A DNA stretch of 64,000 nucleotides, from contig OZ234493.1 in assembly GCA_965153455.1 (NCBI GenBank), forward strand, positions 29,192,213 through 29,256,212, read 5' to 3'. The notes below the pieces were generated by a model that saw nothing but the letters and a program-made list of their open reading frames with translations, had not been told where the DNA came from and did not search any database. Below are positions 37,527 to 51,010 of this stretch, in pieces. The stretch's first letter is position 1, and every line of letters starts with the position of its first letter. This stretch comes from Sphagnum compactum. Lineage: Eukaryota. Position numbers and translations under genes: made by a program.

Positions 37527-39286
37527 CTGAAGCACATGATCACGAGAGAAGATTTATAAAAAGACATCAATGTTCAGAGAGGGTGACAACCTTCATCTCC
37601 TCACAGGAACCTCTTTGAGGATGCAACTTAGCAAAGATACATGACTAGGGGGCAAAAGTGGAAGAAAATGCAACAAAGCAGATGATGCATTATAATCTCT
37701 ACCGCAAGTCTTGAGAAAATTTACGAGATTGGTGCTGGGCCTGTACCTTGCAACGCTAGGTGTAGTCAAAAGCCCGTGCTATCTCGTTGAAGTTGCCCCT
37801 GAGATTCCGACGTCGCCTAGAGAATGGAATCCTTTGCGGACACTGCAATTCATGTCTCGAAAACGCAAGGAGAAGACGCGGCTATGCAGACAATCGGCGA
37901 ATGACAAGTGAAGATATAATAGGCGCGCCCTGCACAACATACAGAGAACCGGCGTGATCTATGAATTGCCCTGGCAGGATGAAGACCCTAGCGTAGTAGA
38001 ACAACGGCGAAAGAACAGAGAAACTCCGGATCTGGGTAGCAGGCATATACACAGTGAGAGAGAGAGGGAGGGCCGAGGAACTCTGTCTGTAGCGACAAGT
38101 CGGCGAAGGGGAAAAACGAAGCAACTGCGCAACGCGTTTCAAAAGTCTGACCAGAAAATGCAAGGCCGACAAATGAAACCCCCGTCTTCTAAGCTTCTCA
38201 ACTCCCGGGTTTCGAAAGCCAGTTTCGAGGTTCCGAACAAATTCAGTTTCGAGATTCGCAAACACAAATGGATGCCAAATTGACCAACGACCAAAGCAGG
38301 AAAAAAACACACAGACACAGGAAAAACAAGCAGCAGCAGCAACGGCTGCACAGAAACAAGTCCGAATCTAAAACAAACGACGACGAAGAAAGGAACACAA
38401 AAGTTCCAGATCCAGCAACCACTGACTAAAAAGGCAAGGCGAGGCAAGGCGCTTCAATAGATGGCGAAAAACCAGAAGAACAACAAACCTGCGGGAGCCT
38501 TCTACCTCGTAGTCTGTCACAAAGCGACCGCACAATAATGGTCAAAATCAGAGATACAGCAGCATCAAGCTCCCTTGCGTGTTCGTCCCTCGTTCATTCG
38601 TTCGCGTTCTCGCCCTCCTTGGAAACCGCCCTGGTCTTCCTCGGCTACTCCTCCTCTCCCTCCTCCGCCTCTCTATTCCACTTGCAGAACCCAAAAGCAA
38701 GCAACAAACAGTCTACAGAGGTCAAAACGAGGGGTGAAAAAACCCGGAAAACCACAAAATTGATAACACAGCAGAGAGAAGAAGCACTCCAACGGCAGAA
38801 GCAGAAAACGGCACTTGCAGGAAATTCAAGGGAGACGATGATAGCGTGCAAAGACAACACGAGAAAACCCAGAAAAACGCGACAACGTCTTGCGCGAGAA
38901 AGAGAGATAGAGACAGAGACACACAGACGGAGACGGAGAGAGACAGAAGAGAGAAAGAGAGAGAAACGCAACAACACACAAGTGGAGCGAAAGCCTGGCC
39001 AAGCTTGCGTGGCAGGATCGAACGGACCATATCTGTCCGTCTCCCAACTTGAACGCTCCCGATCTCCCAAGGACCCCCTCAAAACTGACCCAGACCTACT
39101 TTTTTACCTCCACACGCTTTCTAATCCTCCCTGGTGTGTACCTACTTTACGTGCTTACTGGCCAATAGGAAAGTTCCAATCCTCCAGCTGGACCATCTTT
39201 GTACCCACTGACCCCTCTTTTTGGGGGGCGCGGGGGGGGGTAAATTTCCAGTCTGCCATTTTTACACACCTCCCCTGCCTCCCCTC

Positions 39287-39321
<35 letters not shown>

Positions 39322-39650
39322 CAAGTGGTCAAAAGTTACCACAAAAGTAAAATTTGATACGATACAAAAAGTCCACGGTAAAAAATTCAACACGCCACTT
39401 GGTATCTATTGGCTCCTTGGGAAACGCAGACGTGCCATTGGTTGAGTTCAAAGCCAAGGACTTCAACAGGCAAATAGGTACCTATCTACCTACCTACCTA
39501 CTTACGTGGAAGCTTGGTCGTTGGTGACAATTACAAACAGTAAAATAAGTTACCTACTAGGTAGGTAGGTAGGTAGTTAACTTTTTTTTAATGAGCGCAA
39601 GTTGCGGGGAGGGCGGTGCGCACTCTACTTCGCTCTCATTGGTCGAGAGT
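37527..39650 (-). promoter_or_regulatory. Probable 5'-UTR intron, CT-rich leader and promoter of the bZIP gene
   Basis: Acceptor TGCTTCAG lies 4 nt before the ATG, with a candidate donor GCAG|GTTTGT at ~38488. A CT-rich leader lies at ~38900-38965, and minus-strand CCAAT boxes at ~39408, 39437 and 39638. Confidence 0.45.
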
Positions 39651-41319
39651 GCAAAAGGACAATAATGGAATCCCTAGGTAGGAGGTTGGTGTCTAGGTAG
39701 GTAAGTTATTAGTAGGTGCGTATTTTGGAAGATATAATAAAATAATTATTATAATATAATTAGGGCTTTTTTTAATAAAATTTTACGAAAAGGGCTAAAA
39801 AGAGGGCGTTGACAATTTACAAGTTGATTGCCTCCTATTCGGGCCTCTATCAGTGTTTACCACATCCACTATACAGGGTTCATCACTTCATACCCCCGCC
39901 TGTAAATGGTGTCTCTTTTATTGGGCAAATTTTCACTCTTTGGTGACCAAAAACATATGGAAAAAATTTAGTGTAAATTTGGAAAAAAAATTGGAGAAAA
40001 TCACCAAACTTTTGGAAACAACAAATTCAGAAATGAAAAAAAAAATTAAATCCCCAATTTTGCCTATAAACATGAAAAAGTGGACACTTTATAGTGAATC
40101 TAATTTAAATGTCAATACCTGGACAATTAGAAACAGTTAATTTTTAATATTGACCCCCCCCAATCCACCCACCACCCAATTAAGGGCACTGTATCTGGAA
40201 CACATGTAGAGGCCTCAACTGAATTTCACACTATTTGATTGCTATATATATAACATCCAAAATATTTGACGTTGCAGGCAGGGGGTCTTTTCTTTTCTTT
40301 TTTCACACTTTTGTGATGTAGCCAAATCTGGAGATCATCCATAAGAAGATTTAACCAAATTTGGCTATAGACCAGTTATGAAAATAAATAAAAAACTTAA
40401 GAATCATTTAGTATGTTGGGTATTTGTCAGAACCTGTTGTAGAAATATGGCGAAAATTGATACATTATTTTTAAAATGATGAATTAAGGCCAATTGTTAA
40501 GTTAGCAACATTTTACAAGTGTGGATCAGATCGGTTATTTATTTTATTTCATTATATAGGTTTACACGGGGATGGGATCCGAGTCATTTATTTTATAAGA
40601 TGGTATTTTGAGTCATGTACCCAACAACGTTTGACTTGAGAATGCTGTCCAGGCATCGCAAGGACTTCCCAGTTTCAACTCCATCATGTGTTGTTTGTTC
40701 CCCATATTCGACTTTTGACAAAAATGGTCGAGTCAAGTTGAAACTTGACACAACCAGATGCGGATGACAGAACCTGATGCCGATGATGACGGCAAGGGTG
40801 TGCTTTGTGTGTCAATTGGATGTCAGGAAAAAAATTCAAACCCATTAAAAAAAGAAAACCAAGAGATTCCATAACACACTTCCATTGAGGTACCAAATCC
40901 ATCACCCGGAATCCGCGCATCCCCAAAGGATCTATCCCTTGGGGGAATTGCCGTGCTCTTAGGGAATTTTAGGCAACTGAGGTCCAAGTACTTGTATCAT
41001 CTACCCCATATTGGCCCTCCTTTCGATAATGTGCTTGTCCTTCTTGTGTCGTTGTAGATAGCATTACATAGCATAATAGGCTGGTGGGTCTTACATTTTT
41101 TAAAAAAAATCTTTTGATACCCAGGGGGTATCTGGTGGGTACCCACCAGGTATCACTAAAAAAAAATTAAAAAATCACGGCGGTCTTTCTGTCATGTAAA
41201 GTCCTTGGGGACGAGCATTGCAAGAATCCGGCTTGCGTTCGGGTCCTCCTCATGGGGCCATTATTCCAGTGGATACTCAAATCCCTCACCAGCACCACCA
41301 TGTTTGAGGAACAGCCAAA

Positions 41320-42239
41320 TTACATATAGTAAAGGACGTCGGGATGAAATGAAGCTTTCCATCCGTCCGTCCGTCATCCGTCCCGTCATCCATCCAAACA
41401 GAACAAATATATATATTGAAAACGAAAAAAACTAGAAAAAAAAAACAAAAAAACACTTTAACAATTAGAAACTTTTTGTAAACACTTAAACATGAAACAA
41501 AAAAGGGAAATACAGTAAAATAATCTTACAAGAAAATTAAAAAATAGATGACAAAAAATAAGAAACAAAACAGAGAGCAAAAGAAAGAGAAAAAAAACCA
41601 TACTTGAAAAAAAATGAGGTTTGTCTTCTTTTTCCAAACTTCAAACCTGCATCTAATCAAACAAAAATAAAAAAGTTTTATTATAAAACATATTAAAAAA
41701 ACTAGAATTTTTTGGAAAAGAAAATAGAAACTAAATAAATAAAGTAAACGCATAAAAATAGAAAACAAATGAAGATAGACAAAATAAGAATAGAAAAAAT
41801 TAAAACATGAAACAAACATAAACAAAAAAAAGTAAAAACACAAAAACTATAAAAAAGGAACGGAAACAAATGAAACAAGGAAAGGGAAATACAGTAAAAT
41901 CATTTTAAAAGAAAAAAATTACACAAAAGAAGAAAAACCCTACTAAATAAAGAGTAGAAACTAAGAAAAAATAAAACTTATAATAATGAAGAAAAACCCT
42001 ACTTGAAAAAGAATGAGGTGTGTCTTCTTTCTCCAAACTTGAAACTTGCATCCAAATAAACAAAAATACAAAAGTGAAAAAGAAACACTTTATTTTTATT
42101 ATACAAAATAATAATAAAAACATAAAACACATAAAAAAATAAAAAATAAAAAAGATAAAAGTTTTTAAAAAAAACTAAAACATGAACCAAACATTGTTGA
42201 AATAACACAACTGTTCATTAGGCACGGGGTTCAAACTAG
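41320..42239 (+). mobile_element. Non-autonomous Helitron-like element
   Basis: Begins A|TTACATATAGTAAAGGACGTCGGGATGAAATGAAGC and ends GGCACGGGGTTCAAACTAG|T (A-T target, CTAG 3' end, no TSD). The A-rich interior has a ~380-bp internal duplication. Both termini recur at 42442-42500. Confidence 0.6.
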
Positions 42240-42441
42240 TTTATAAGAAACTAGAAAATTTTGGTTCCAACCCAACATTGAAAAAAGGGCAGCCCCCATT
42301 TCGCAACTTCTCATTGGTTGCATGGAAATTCCATTCCTCAAATTGGCTGCCACTATTTTTGGCCTGGACTTAGTATATATCAGCCATACCAGATAAGAAT
42401 TTTAAAACAAAAATCCAATCATCAAGCCACATAATAATAAA

Positions 42442-42500
42442 CTAGTTTGAACCCCGTGCCTAATGCTTCATTTCATCCCCACGTCCTTTACTCTATGTAA
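42442..42500 (-). mobile_element. 59-bp minimal Helitron-like element (fused termini)
   Basis: The reverse complement reads TTACATAGAGTAAAGGACGTGGGGATGAAATGAAGC-ATTAGGCACGGGGTTCAAACTAG, i.e. the 5' and 3' ends of 41320-42239 joined directly. Confidence 0.65.
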
Positions 42501-42992
42501 TTTTTATCATACTTTATTTGTGTTATTTGGATTAAAAACTTCAAAGATTACACTGTACATGTTATACTGGTACACTACACAATAGAAATCCAAAGGGGTA
42601 TTAGAATGTAAAGCTTACCTATGCAATGATGCTCCAAGATAGATATTTTTAAACCAAGATTTTTTTTAAATAATTTTTTTTTTAAAAAAATGCTTTCCTG
42701 AATCCTGATCTGAAGGCCACACAAACAAGCACTGATTGCGTGTAAAAATCCAACTAGGAATATAATATCTTCAATTGGAATAAGAGTGTCCTTCCAAGTT
42801 GTGAACCAGGGTTTGCGGGATGGTGTATAATTGTGGTCATAGTGTAACCTTATAAGCCAGCCAAATCATGTCCACCCGAAAGGTGGAGTAACATGCTTTT
42901 CATGTATGCAACATAATACGCTCGTGAAGTACAAAAGATGCTATGCCCTTTGCTGAGATGAGAAAGTAAGCTTTTTGTGTTACATACAGTAA

Positions 42993-43308
42993 GGGTTATC
43001 TGTAAAGTCATCCTGTCTTTGGTCCATGGTCTGACTCTCTAATCCTTGTTTCATCCCCAATTCAGTGTAACTCTGAAGTGAGTGAAATTGCGTACCATTA
43101 TTTCATGAAACTGGGTATTAATTAGTTCAGAAAATTTGCAGGATCTTATTTTTAAGAAGGCTTGATTTTAATGCAGAATATGAGCCAGCAGTGAAAAGCA
43201 CAGGTAAGGCAAAATATGTGTTTTTGTAATGACTTCTCTCACTTCATCCACAGTATGGACAAAACTAGGGCCCAATACCTCCACTTTGGGGTACTTTACA
43301 GATAAACC
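42993..43308 (-). mobile_element. MITE-like element, type B
   Basis: Termini GGGTTATCTGTAAAGT / ACTTTACAGATAAACC; reverse homologue of 15697-16028 and 21030-21400. Confidence 0.75.
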
Positions 43309-43320
43309 TAGTAGTTAATA

Positions 43321-43690
43321 AAGTTGTCCATAAAGTCACCCTCTCTTTCACCCCCTATCCCCTCTTTCAGTGGTATCTGCAAAGTGATGAAATTTTTATT
43401 AAATCTCGGTATGAAATGCTAAAACTCAGCATTTAATGCACAAAGTTCGAGAGTAATTATGGTAGTTGTCCAGGTAGGAGGAGTGAAAATATATGTAGCA
43501 GCAGTGGAGGCGCTCAGGCAAAAGGAAATAGGGGGTGAAACTCAGTTTACCACCAACATTGGTGGAAAAACTAGTTTAGGTCCTAGTTATTTCGTATTGT
43601 AAAATTTCATTCCCAGTTAGGCATTTGATAGCCTATTATACCGAAACCGGCCGTTCTCGCCCCCAAATCGCCTGACTTTAGGGATAACTT
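43321..43690 (-). mobile_element. MITE-like element, type A
   Basis: Termini AAGTTGTCCATAAAGT / ACTTTAGGGATAACTT; reverse-complement homologue of 23840-24228. Confidence 0.8.
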
Positions 43691-45649
43691 GAATATCCAC
43701 TTTTTTGCTCCCCTTTTGTTTTGTCTGTGTTTTGGAGTATGCTTCATGGGGTTGATAGGCCACTTGCTTCACTGGTTTGATTGGTGCATATGTGTCTGAA
43801 CTGCACACCAGTACCAAAAATGACAAAAGGAGCAATCATAGATACTCTCACAAAATGGACTTTTGGAATGGACTTTTTCAAGGCCTGGTTGTTCAAAATA
43901 TGGTTGGAACCAGTTTTGGTTGGCCATGTTCCAAAGCAAAAAATGAGAAGGCTTCAATTCCAATCCCAACTCGAAGCTTGATACACGGCTTTTTTAGGTT
44001 TTTGTCAAACAAAACAATTTTTTTCCCAATGTTTTTAAAACATTGTTTGGGGTGGTTTCTAGTTATGTTCTTGTTAGTCTGCATAAGGAATATGAGGAGG
44101 CGTTTACGGTTATTAAAGTTATTTTCAGCTTATATTTATAACCTTGTACTATATCTTTATAAATGAAAGAATATTGATAGCCTAGAGTCTTTTTTAGCAT
44201 ACCTAAATAGCGCATTATCTGGTGTAAAAAGCTAGCGGCCTTTATAAAAAGCATAAAGCCCTCGCTCCTTAGGTCTTCTTCATTATTGTTGATTGTTGTT
44301 TGGTAGTCATATGAGTCCTCTTTGCATAAGATGTTACCTGAATTTTGTTTTTGTTGATTGTTTGCTTTTGTTTTTTTCTTTGGGTTGTGTTTACTTGCGT
44401 TCTCATTTGCCTTGTAGCTTTGGTGGATGGATTCCCATTCTTGATTTTTTTATTTATAGGGTTTTTCTTGTGAAAGAGGCCTTTACGTTTATCATAAAGC
44501 TTGCCCATTTTATTTTTTCCCTCTGATACCCGATGGGTATCTAAGTCCATCTTACTCCTGTTCTTTTGGGTTACGAAATCTAATTCAAATTACAAACGAG
44601 TCACGACAAATGAATCCATGAATATATGTAATACACAATAAAAGCCAGAAAAAAACATCAACCAAGCCTTTTAATTCTTTCTACTTGCTTTGCAACCTCA
44701 TACCATAGAAGAAATAAACTTCAAAACCACTCCCTTGAAATAAATGTGCCAAACACAAAATATGTAAAAACCCTATTCACAATGAAATGGCTCCTCACAA
44801 CAAAAGAACTCTTACATAAAATCAACTTTTTGTTTGCAATACATACCTACATTCTCTCTCATTTGCAAGCTTCCTCAATTCACTTTAGACAACAACTTCT
44901 ACTAAAAAGGGGAAAAAGAGAGAAACTATGGGATCTCGCTACAGAGTTTATCATAAAGAATAGATCTGATCTGGTTATCTTCACAACTTTGATAATAATT
45001 ATCTCTTTGATCATTTCTTTGGTGAAAATGTTGGAATTTTCAACAAATATATGAAAAACAAAGTTTTGTGAAGGAAATGGAGACAAATCAAAAACTTGTT
45101 TCCATATTTAGAGATGCACAACTCAATTCCAATGAGCATCCACACATCTAGAATATTCATGACCAGTGGTCAATATATATGATTAAAAAATCTCCCTACT
45201 AATTCTGGTTATGTCATTTGCATAAACAATGTGTCAAGTTTCATTTACTTATTTATTTAAATGTCAAGTTTCAACATGTAATGTTATTTTATTCTATTTG
45301 TTTGCATGCAATGTCATTGTAACAAATGGGGCCAAGCACAAAATGATAATACCGTGAAAACAAAAGTATAGAAACCTCATTTTGGTGTAATGTCTATTTT
45401 TTAGATTGTTTTTAATATGTTTCTTTTTTGCTTCCAAAAAATAAGTGTATTTTTGTTTTTGGATGCAAGGTCTTTTAAATAAAATTTTCACTCAGAAAAA
45501 TGGAGTATTCAAAAAAATTATTCAAATTTCCTTGATTGTATATTTTTCATTGTGGATAAGGCATAATCTGTGATTGATTTTGATTGATTTTTAGTACCTT
45601 TTATAGAGGTAGAACATGAATTTCTTGATTTGATTTTTTTCCTTCATTT

Positions 45650-48332
45650 ATCAAGCAAAATTCTACATGAAACTAAACATGGAGCAATCATCTCAGAATG
45701 AAAATAGAATAAGCAATGAAGACAGATGTGAAGTAATAATGGATGATGTAATGGAAGAAAAAAAAAAAAAGATCCATCTGAAAACCATGATAGTTTACAA
45801 ACAAACGTAAGTGAAATTTAGAAAGAAAACATGAAATGATGAAAGATAATCTCAAAAAATTGCATGTTCAAATAAATAAATGGAAAAATCACAATAGAAA
45901 TGCAATATGTTAAGCATTTTATTGTGTAAATGATAACAAAGAAGTTGATGTTAAATTCCCTCAAACTATGAAATGCATTTTTTGTTACACCAGTTTAATG
46001 TTGGTGTCTAATATAAAAACAAGCAAGGAAAGGTTTAATTTTATACAACTTAACAAATGGAATTTTTTTTTAAATGTGTTTACAATTTTAATTTTTTTTG
46101 TTACAAAAGATCCTTTTCAAAGGATGATGTGCAGCATGAACAATTTGTGGAAGATTTCACCTTATTAATTATATAAAAAAATCATTTGCCTATGCATTTT
46201 GTTGAAAGCAAATGATTAAAACATTTTAGTTTACATTTATGCCCAAAAGTTGTTTTTCATTTAGAAAAGAGTTTTCACATGAAATTTTGCTCGAGTTGAT
46301 GGAAAAACTAAACCATTATATGTGTTACCATGTTTGGTAAAATGTTTTTTTGCAACAAGTTTTGATTTTTGGATGTGAAAAAGAGTTTATGACATTTTTG
46401 CACCTATGTTAAATAATTGTTTGGGGAAGGATTGATAGCCAAAACATATTACAATTGGATTATTTGAAACCATGGACATTTTGGCCAAACTTTGGCTAAG
46501 GATTTGATTGAATTGTGGGGAAAATATAATTTGAGGGAAAAAATTATTACTACGTAAAAAATGAAAGCTCCAACCTAAACACTATGGCTATAGTTCTAAA
46601 ACAATTGTAAATTGTAATATTTTGGGTTTGTAAGAAAGTTTTCAAGGTTTTCATTTTGGTCATGCATTTTTAAAGCATGTAAGGATGCAACAATAGATGA
46701 AAAAGTTTGCAAGGGATTAAAATATTTATTTATTAAAACTACGCAATCTAATTTGCAGAAACATGTAGTCTAGTTAAAAAGTTCAAAGAAGGCAAAAAGT
46801 GGAACAAAACTTGTGATGACTCAAACCTTCCCAAAAAAAACTAAATAATTTAATAAAAACAAGGTAATACATTATTTCTATTGTAATTTTTCACGAAAGA
46901 TTATATTTAAATTTCTTTTGTAAATGTTATAAAATGAAAAAAAATTAACATTTGTTTTGATTTTATAGATTTATTAGTGAGGTCATTTTTTTCCAGGAAA
47001 TTTTATAGTTCAAGGATGCTATCGTGTTCTATTACAACAAACAAAGTTAAATGAGGATGATTTTTCAAATGCCACCTCCTTTGACTTAGCACATTTGCCA
47101 AATTATTGCTAATTTTCTCTCCCTAGTTGTAACTGCTTGTGTCTTAAATCAATATAAAGGTCACTGGTTACTAAGTGATGCACTTAATTATACCATATCC
47201 ATTAGTTTGAAATTGAGAGTAGAACCTAAAAATGCACCTTCTTTTCAAACACTAATGGAAAAGGATTCTAGTGTGGCTCTTAAGTTAATTTGTTTGGTTT
47301 CCAACATCAGAAAAGATGTTTACATTGTGTTAGATTCTTTTCTTTCATTTTTGATAAAATATGAAAAATAAATAACCCATAATATGTTATCTTTGATCTT
47401 GTAAGCAAGGTTTAAAAACCTTCATTTAGTGTCCTCTTTTGTTGGTTGTAGCCATGGATCAAGAATATGATGAAAAGTTTTTATATCCTATGTTCTTGAA
47501 ATTCTATCATCATTTGCATCTAGTGGTTGGATTTGAAAGTGAATTTGTTGAGTAGATAATGGATGCATATTACAATTTGGATATCTTCGAAATGATAACA
47601 AGATCAAAGGAGTCATCAAAAGAAATTATCAAAATAAAATTCTTAATTTTTAGGTGTTATTAGGTAGATGTTATGGAGACTAGTTGCCCTTTTTGATGGT
47701 GGGACAAACATGAAATTATGTTTCCCATAATTGGATTCTTGCCTAGCAAATTTTAAGGATTATAGGTTCATGAGTTGAGAATATTCTCTTTAGTTGGGAT
47801 TTACTAATTTAAGAAGATGTCATTTACACTTAGATAACTTAGGAAAATCGAATTTTGTGAATAAAAGTTGGCCCAACATGACCTTAGAGTTGGTTGTAAA
47901 TCCCTTTCTAGCTTGATAGAACTCATTGGGATAAATGCAAATTTGGAAGAAAAGCTAGAACAATTTGAAAGAACTTTTGAAAGATATGAAGTTGTGTATA
48001 TAAACATTTTCATAACTAAAAAATATGAAAATTTAGATTTATTTATTTTTTATCCATTTTTCTCAATTACAAATGTATTTCTTAGACTTTTTCTAATTTA
48101 CAATTTTGATATTCGAGTTGTGAAAATTGGTTAAGAAAATTGATTGTTATCAGGGTGAGAATTGTTGCCTTTGAAAACTCCATGATTTTTTTGAAAAAAC
48201 TCCCAATACCTAAGTTGGTTCTTTTAGATCCCTTGTTATTAAATAATAATAAAAATTAGGGAGGTTCTCATATAACACCCACAATAATTGAAATTGATGA
48301 CTTTTGAAAAAAAAAATAACCACCCAACATTG
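45650..48332 (+). mobile_element. Decayed hAT transposon (transposase pseudogene with right terminus)
   Basis: Ordered remnants: MKCIFCY (BED-finger-like, 45968), TSFDFWM (~46355), PKHITIGLFET, YVKNESSNL (~46551), KTR|F across an intron, and a C-terminal dimerisation domain (W)WDKHEIMFPIIGFLA...IFSLVGI..NLRRC (~47695-47830). Right terminus CCCAACATTG at 48323-48332 is followed by GTTTACAC. Many stops and frameshifts; left end not found. Confidence 0.85.
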
Positions 48333-48559
48333 GTTTACACCTTAAGTGGTGTTAATGTTGAAGCTTTGAATGAATTTTTTTCAAATAGTTAATAATATAT
48401 ATATTTAAGAAAATAATGTAATTTTTATGTTAATATAATATATCAAATATTTTATGACTATAGTCAAATATAAAAAATATGGCTTGCCAAATAAGTGTGC
48501 ATATTACAAAATTAAATAATTATATAATGCAAAATTTTAAAAAGAAAATGAATCCCCCA

Positions 48560-51010
48560 TAAAAAATCTTTATTTGCGCATGTGTTTCCTAAAAGATAGG
48601 AAGAATGACCTCCCCAAGGATAATGATAGTCCAATTTTAAAGTGGCCTTAGAAGGTTAGTGACATGGAGAGTGCTTTAGTTAAAGTTCAAACAACATAAT
48701 TGTTAGATCCTAAATTAGTAAAATTATTTAGGGGTGAATATTCCTTGATAATAGTGATATTAGCTAAGAAAAACATTTTTGGCAATTAAACAAAATGTTG
48801 CATGTGTCATAATTAGAAGCCAATGAACAAGCAAACATATTTTCACAAGTATGCCATGCCCTTACTAAAAAAAATCTTTGATGCCTTTGGGTAGGCCAAG
48901 GTTTTCAATACATTGGACCTATGCTCTAATTACCATTGAAAGATGGTGGCAAGGTCAAGACATCATTATAGGGAATAGATGCCTTTGGGAAGGATTGTTT
49001 GTACCAACGATGTTTTTATCATTTAGTTCAAAAATGTTTTTACAAAATTTTATAAAGTTATGGGTTTGGTTTTGGTAAGGTTCAACTTCACCAAGTTTAC
49101 ATCAATGATATCATTGTTTTCAACTTGATTCCATAGTAACACATATAATACATGCAAGAAATGTTTGAATGACTTAAGGGATATAACCTTAGGTTACATC
49201 CATGTAAATGTTGGTTCCTTTAAACTCATGTGGAATATTTAGATCATATCATTTATCTTGGTGGATTGAAGGTATAAAAGGCCAATGTTGAAACCACCTC
49301 ACAAGTTCCCAACCATCAAATGTTAGTTTGTAATTTTGAGCGATTTTAAGCTTGTGTAATTATTATTGAAAATTTGTCATAAGGTTCAATAACATTGCCA
49401 AAGCTTTAACTAAGTTGATAAGAATTGACGAAAAAGATATTTAAAATGAAGAACAATAGTTGGCCTTTAAGAGTTGCAGGTTAGTTTCACATTAACTCCC
49501 ATTTTGCTACAACCTATCAAAAAATGACCTTTCCAATAGCACACAAACTAGAATACTTTAAGGTTGGGGGTTCTGTTTGCTCAACTTGACAATGATGGTT
49601 GAAAGTTCATGGTGGCATATGATAATTAATACAAGAATATGATGGAAGAAAAATATCATTAATATGATGGGAAATGCATTGTTGTTATTTGGTGGTTTCA
49701 TCATTTCGGTGTTATATTTTTGATAGCGCATTCACATTGGTTACATATCACCAATCATTTAAATTTTTGATGGAATTAGATCACCTCACATGAAAGTTGG
49801 CAAGATGGGTTTTTATCCTACAAAAGTATGACTTTGACATTGTTCATAAGGTTGATAGGGTTAATCAAAATATTGATGAATTATATCGAAACCTAAATTC
49901 TAATGAAGAAAATACCATTGGGGCTTGTTGGCACAATGATGTAAATTTGTAAGTGATATTAGGATGGCACATTTCGACATACTTATGTATTTTGTTGGGG
50001 GGTTTTGTGAAGATGTACTTCAAATTAACATGAATAACAGGGACTTTCACAATGCAAACATTGAGATGGAAGGCAATGGTGCCCTGAACATATATGAGGA
50101 TGCATTTATTATTGCATATTTGCAAAAAGGTGCATGAAGTCTTAATTGAATTAACACTCGAGGAACATGACTATGTCATTCATGAGGCCAAATAGTTCAA
50201 ATGGGAAGGCAATTCCTTTTTATGAATGTGGGTAACATTTCACCCATAGTAACATGAAGGCCTTAATAACATCTTTGTAAGGAGTCGGGTCATTTTGGGG
50301 TTTGATAGACTTACAACTTACTCCAAGCTTAATATTAATGACAAAGGACGTAACTATAAGTTTAGTAGTTTGTTTTCAATGTGTAGGCATCATTTAATGT
50401 ACCTACACCTCATTTATAGCTGTTTGCCCATCATGGGACTTGGTTATTTGTGGAGTTTGATAGTATGACATAATTGATATGATTTGGTTATGATTGAACA
50501 CTTCTTGAAATGGCTAGAATTAATGCCATTGTTAGATTGCAACATTAAGCAAATTTCCTATGTGTTTTTGGACAAGTTGTTTAGAAGGCTTGGATTTTAA
50601 TTGAAGTACTCATCAATCAAAGTGCAAAATTTTGTGAGAGTTTTAAGCGTTGTGTGAAATTTAAGAGTTATGTGAAAAAAACATTTATAAATAATTGTAC
50701 AATTTCACAAAACCATTTCAAAATAAACATGTTAGTTGAACATATGGTGTAAATGATGAAGTGATGGTTGCATAAGTATGGGCTTCAAATGGACCATATT
50801 AGAGATTAAAATTTGAAACTACCATGGTTAATTATGGGGTATAAGTTTTTTCTTGCATCCTTTTCACCATACTTTTTACAATTTGGCCATGAGCCCTAGC
50901 TACTAACCTTAATTTTGTGGGATAATATAATAAAAGTGAAGTTGGATGATCCAAATGTGTGGCTTTAGGCATGTGAACAACAATCATTTTTGTTCCAATG
51001 TGTAATGTAA
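48560..51010 (+). mobile_element. Decayed Ty3/Gypsy retrotransposon pol (RT-RNase H-integrase)
   Basis: RNase H end TYHQSFKFLMELDHLT*KLARWVFILQKYDFDIVHKVDRVNQNIDELYR (~49743-49890), followed by integrase remnants VMIEHFLKWLELMPL (~50487) and EVLINQS (~50603). The RT-RH-IN order indicates Gypsy. Many stops. Confidence 0.85.

Noticed and set aside
38538-39350. 270-aa plus-strand ORF
   Set aside because: It is antisense to the bZIP leader/promoter, and its composition (RE/SL runs) derives from GA/CT microsatellites.
41526-42208. Phe/Leu-rich ORFs resembling membrane proteins
   Set aside because: Artefact of the A-rich interior of the Helitron-like element.
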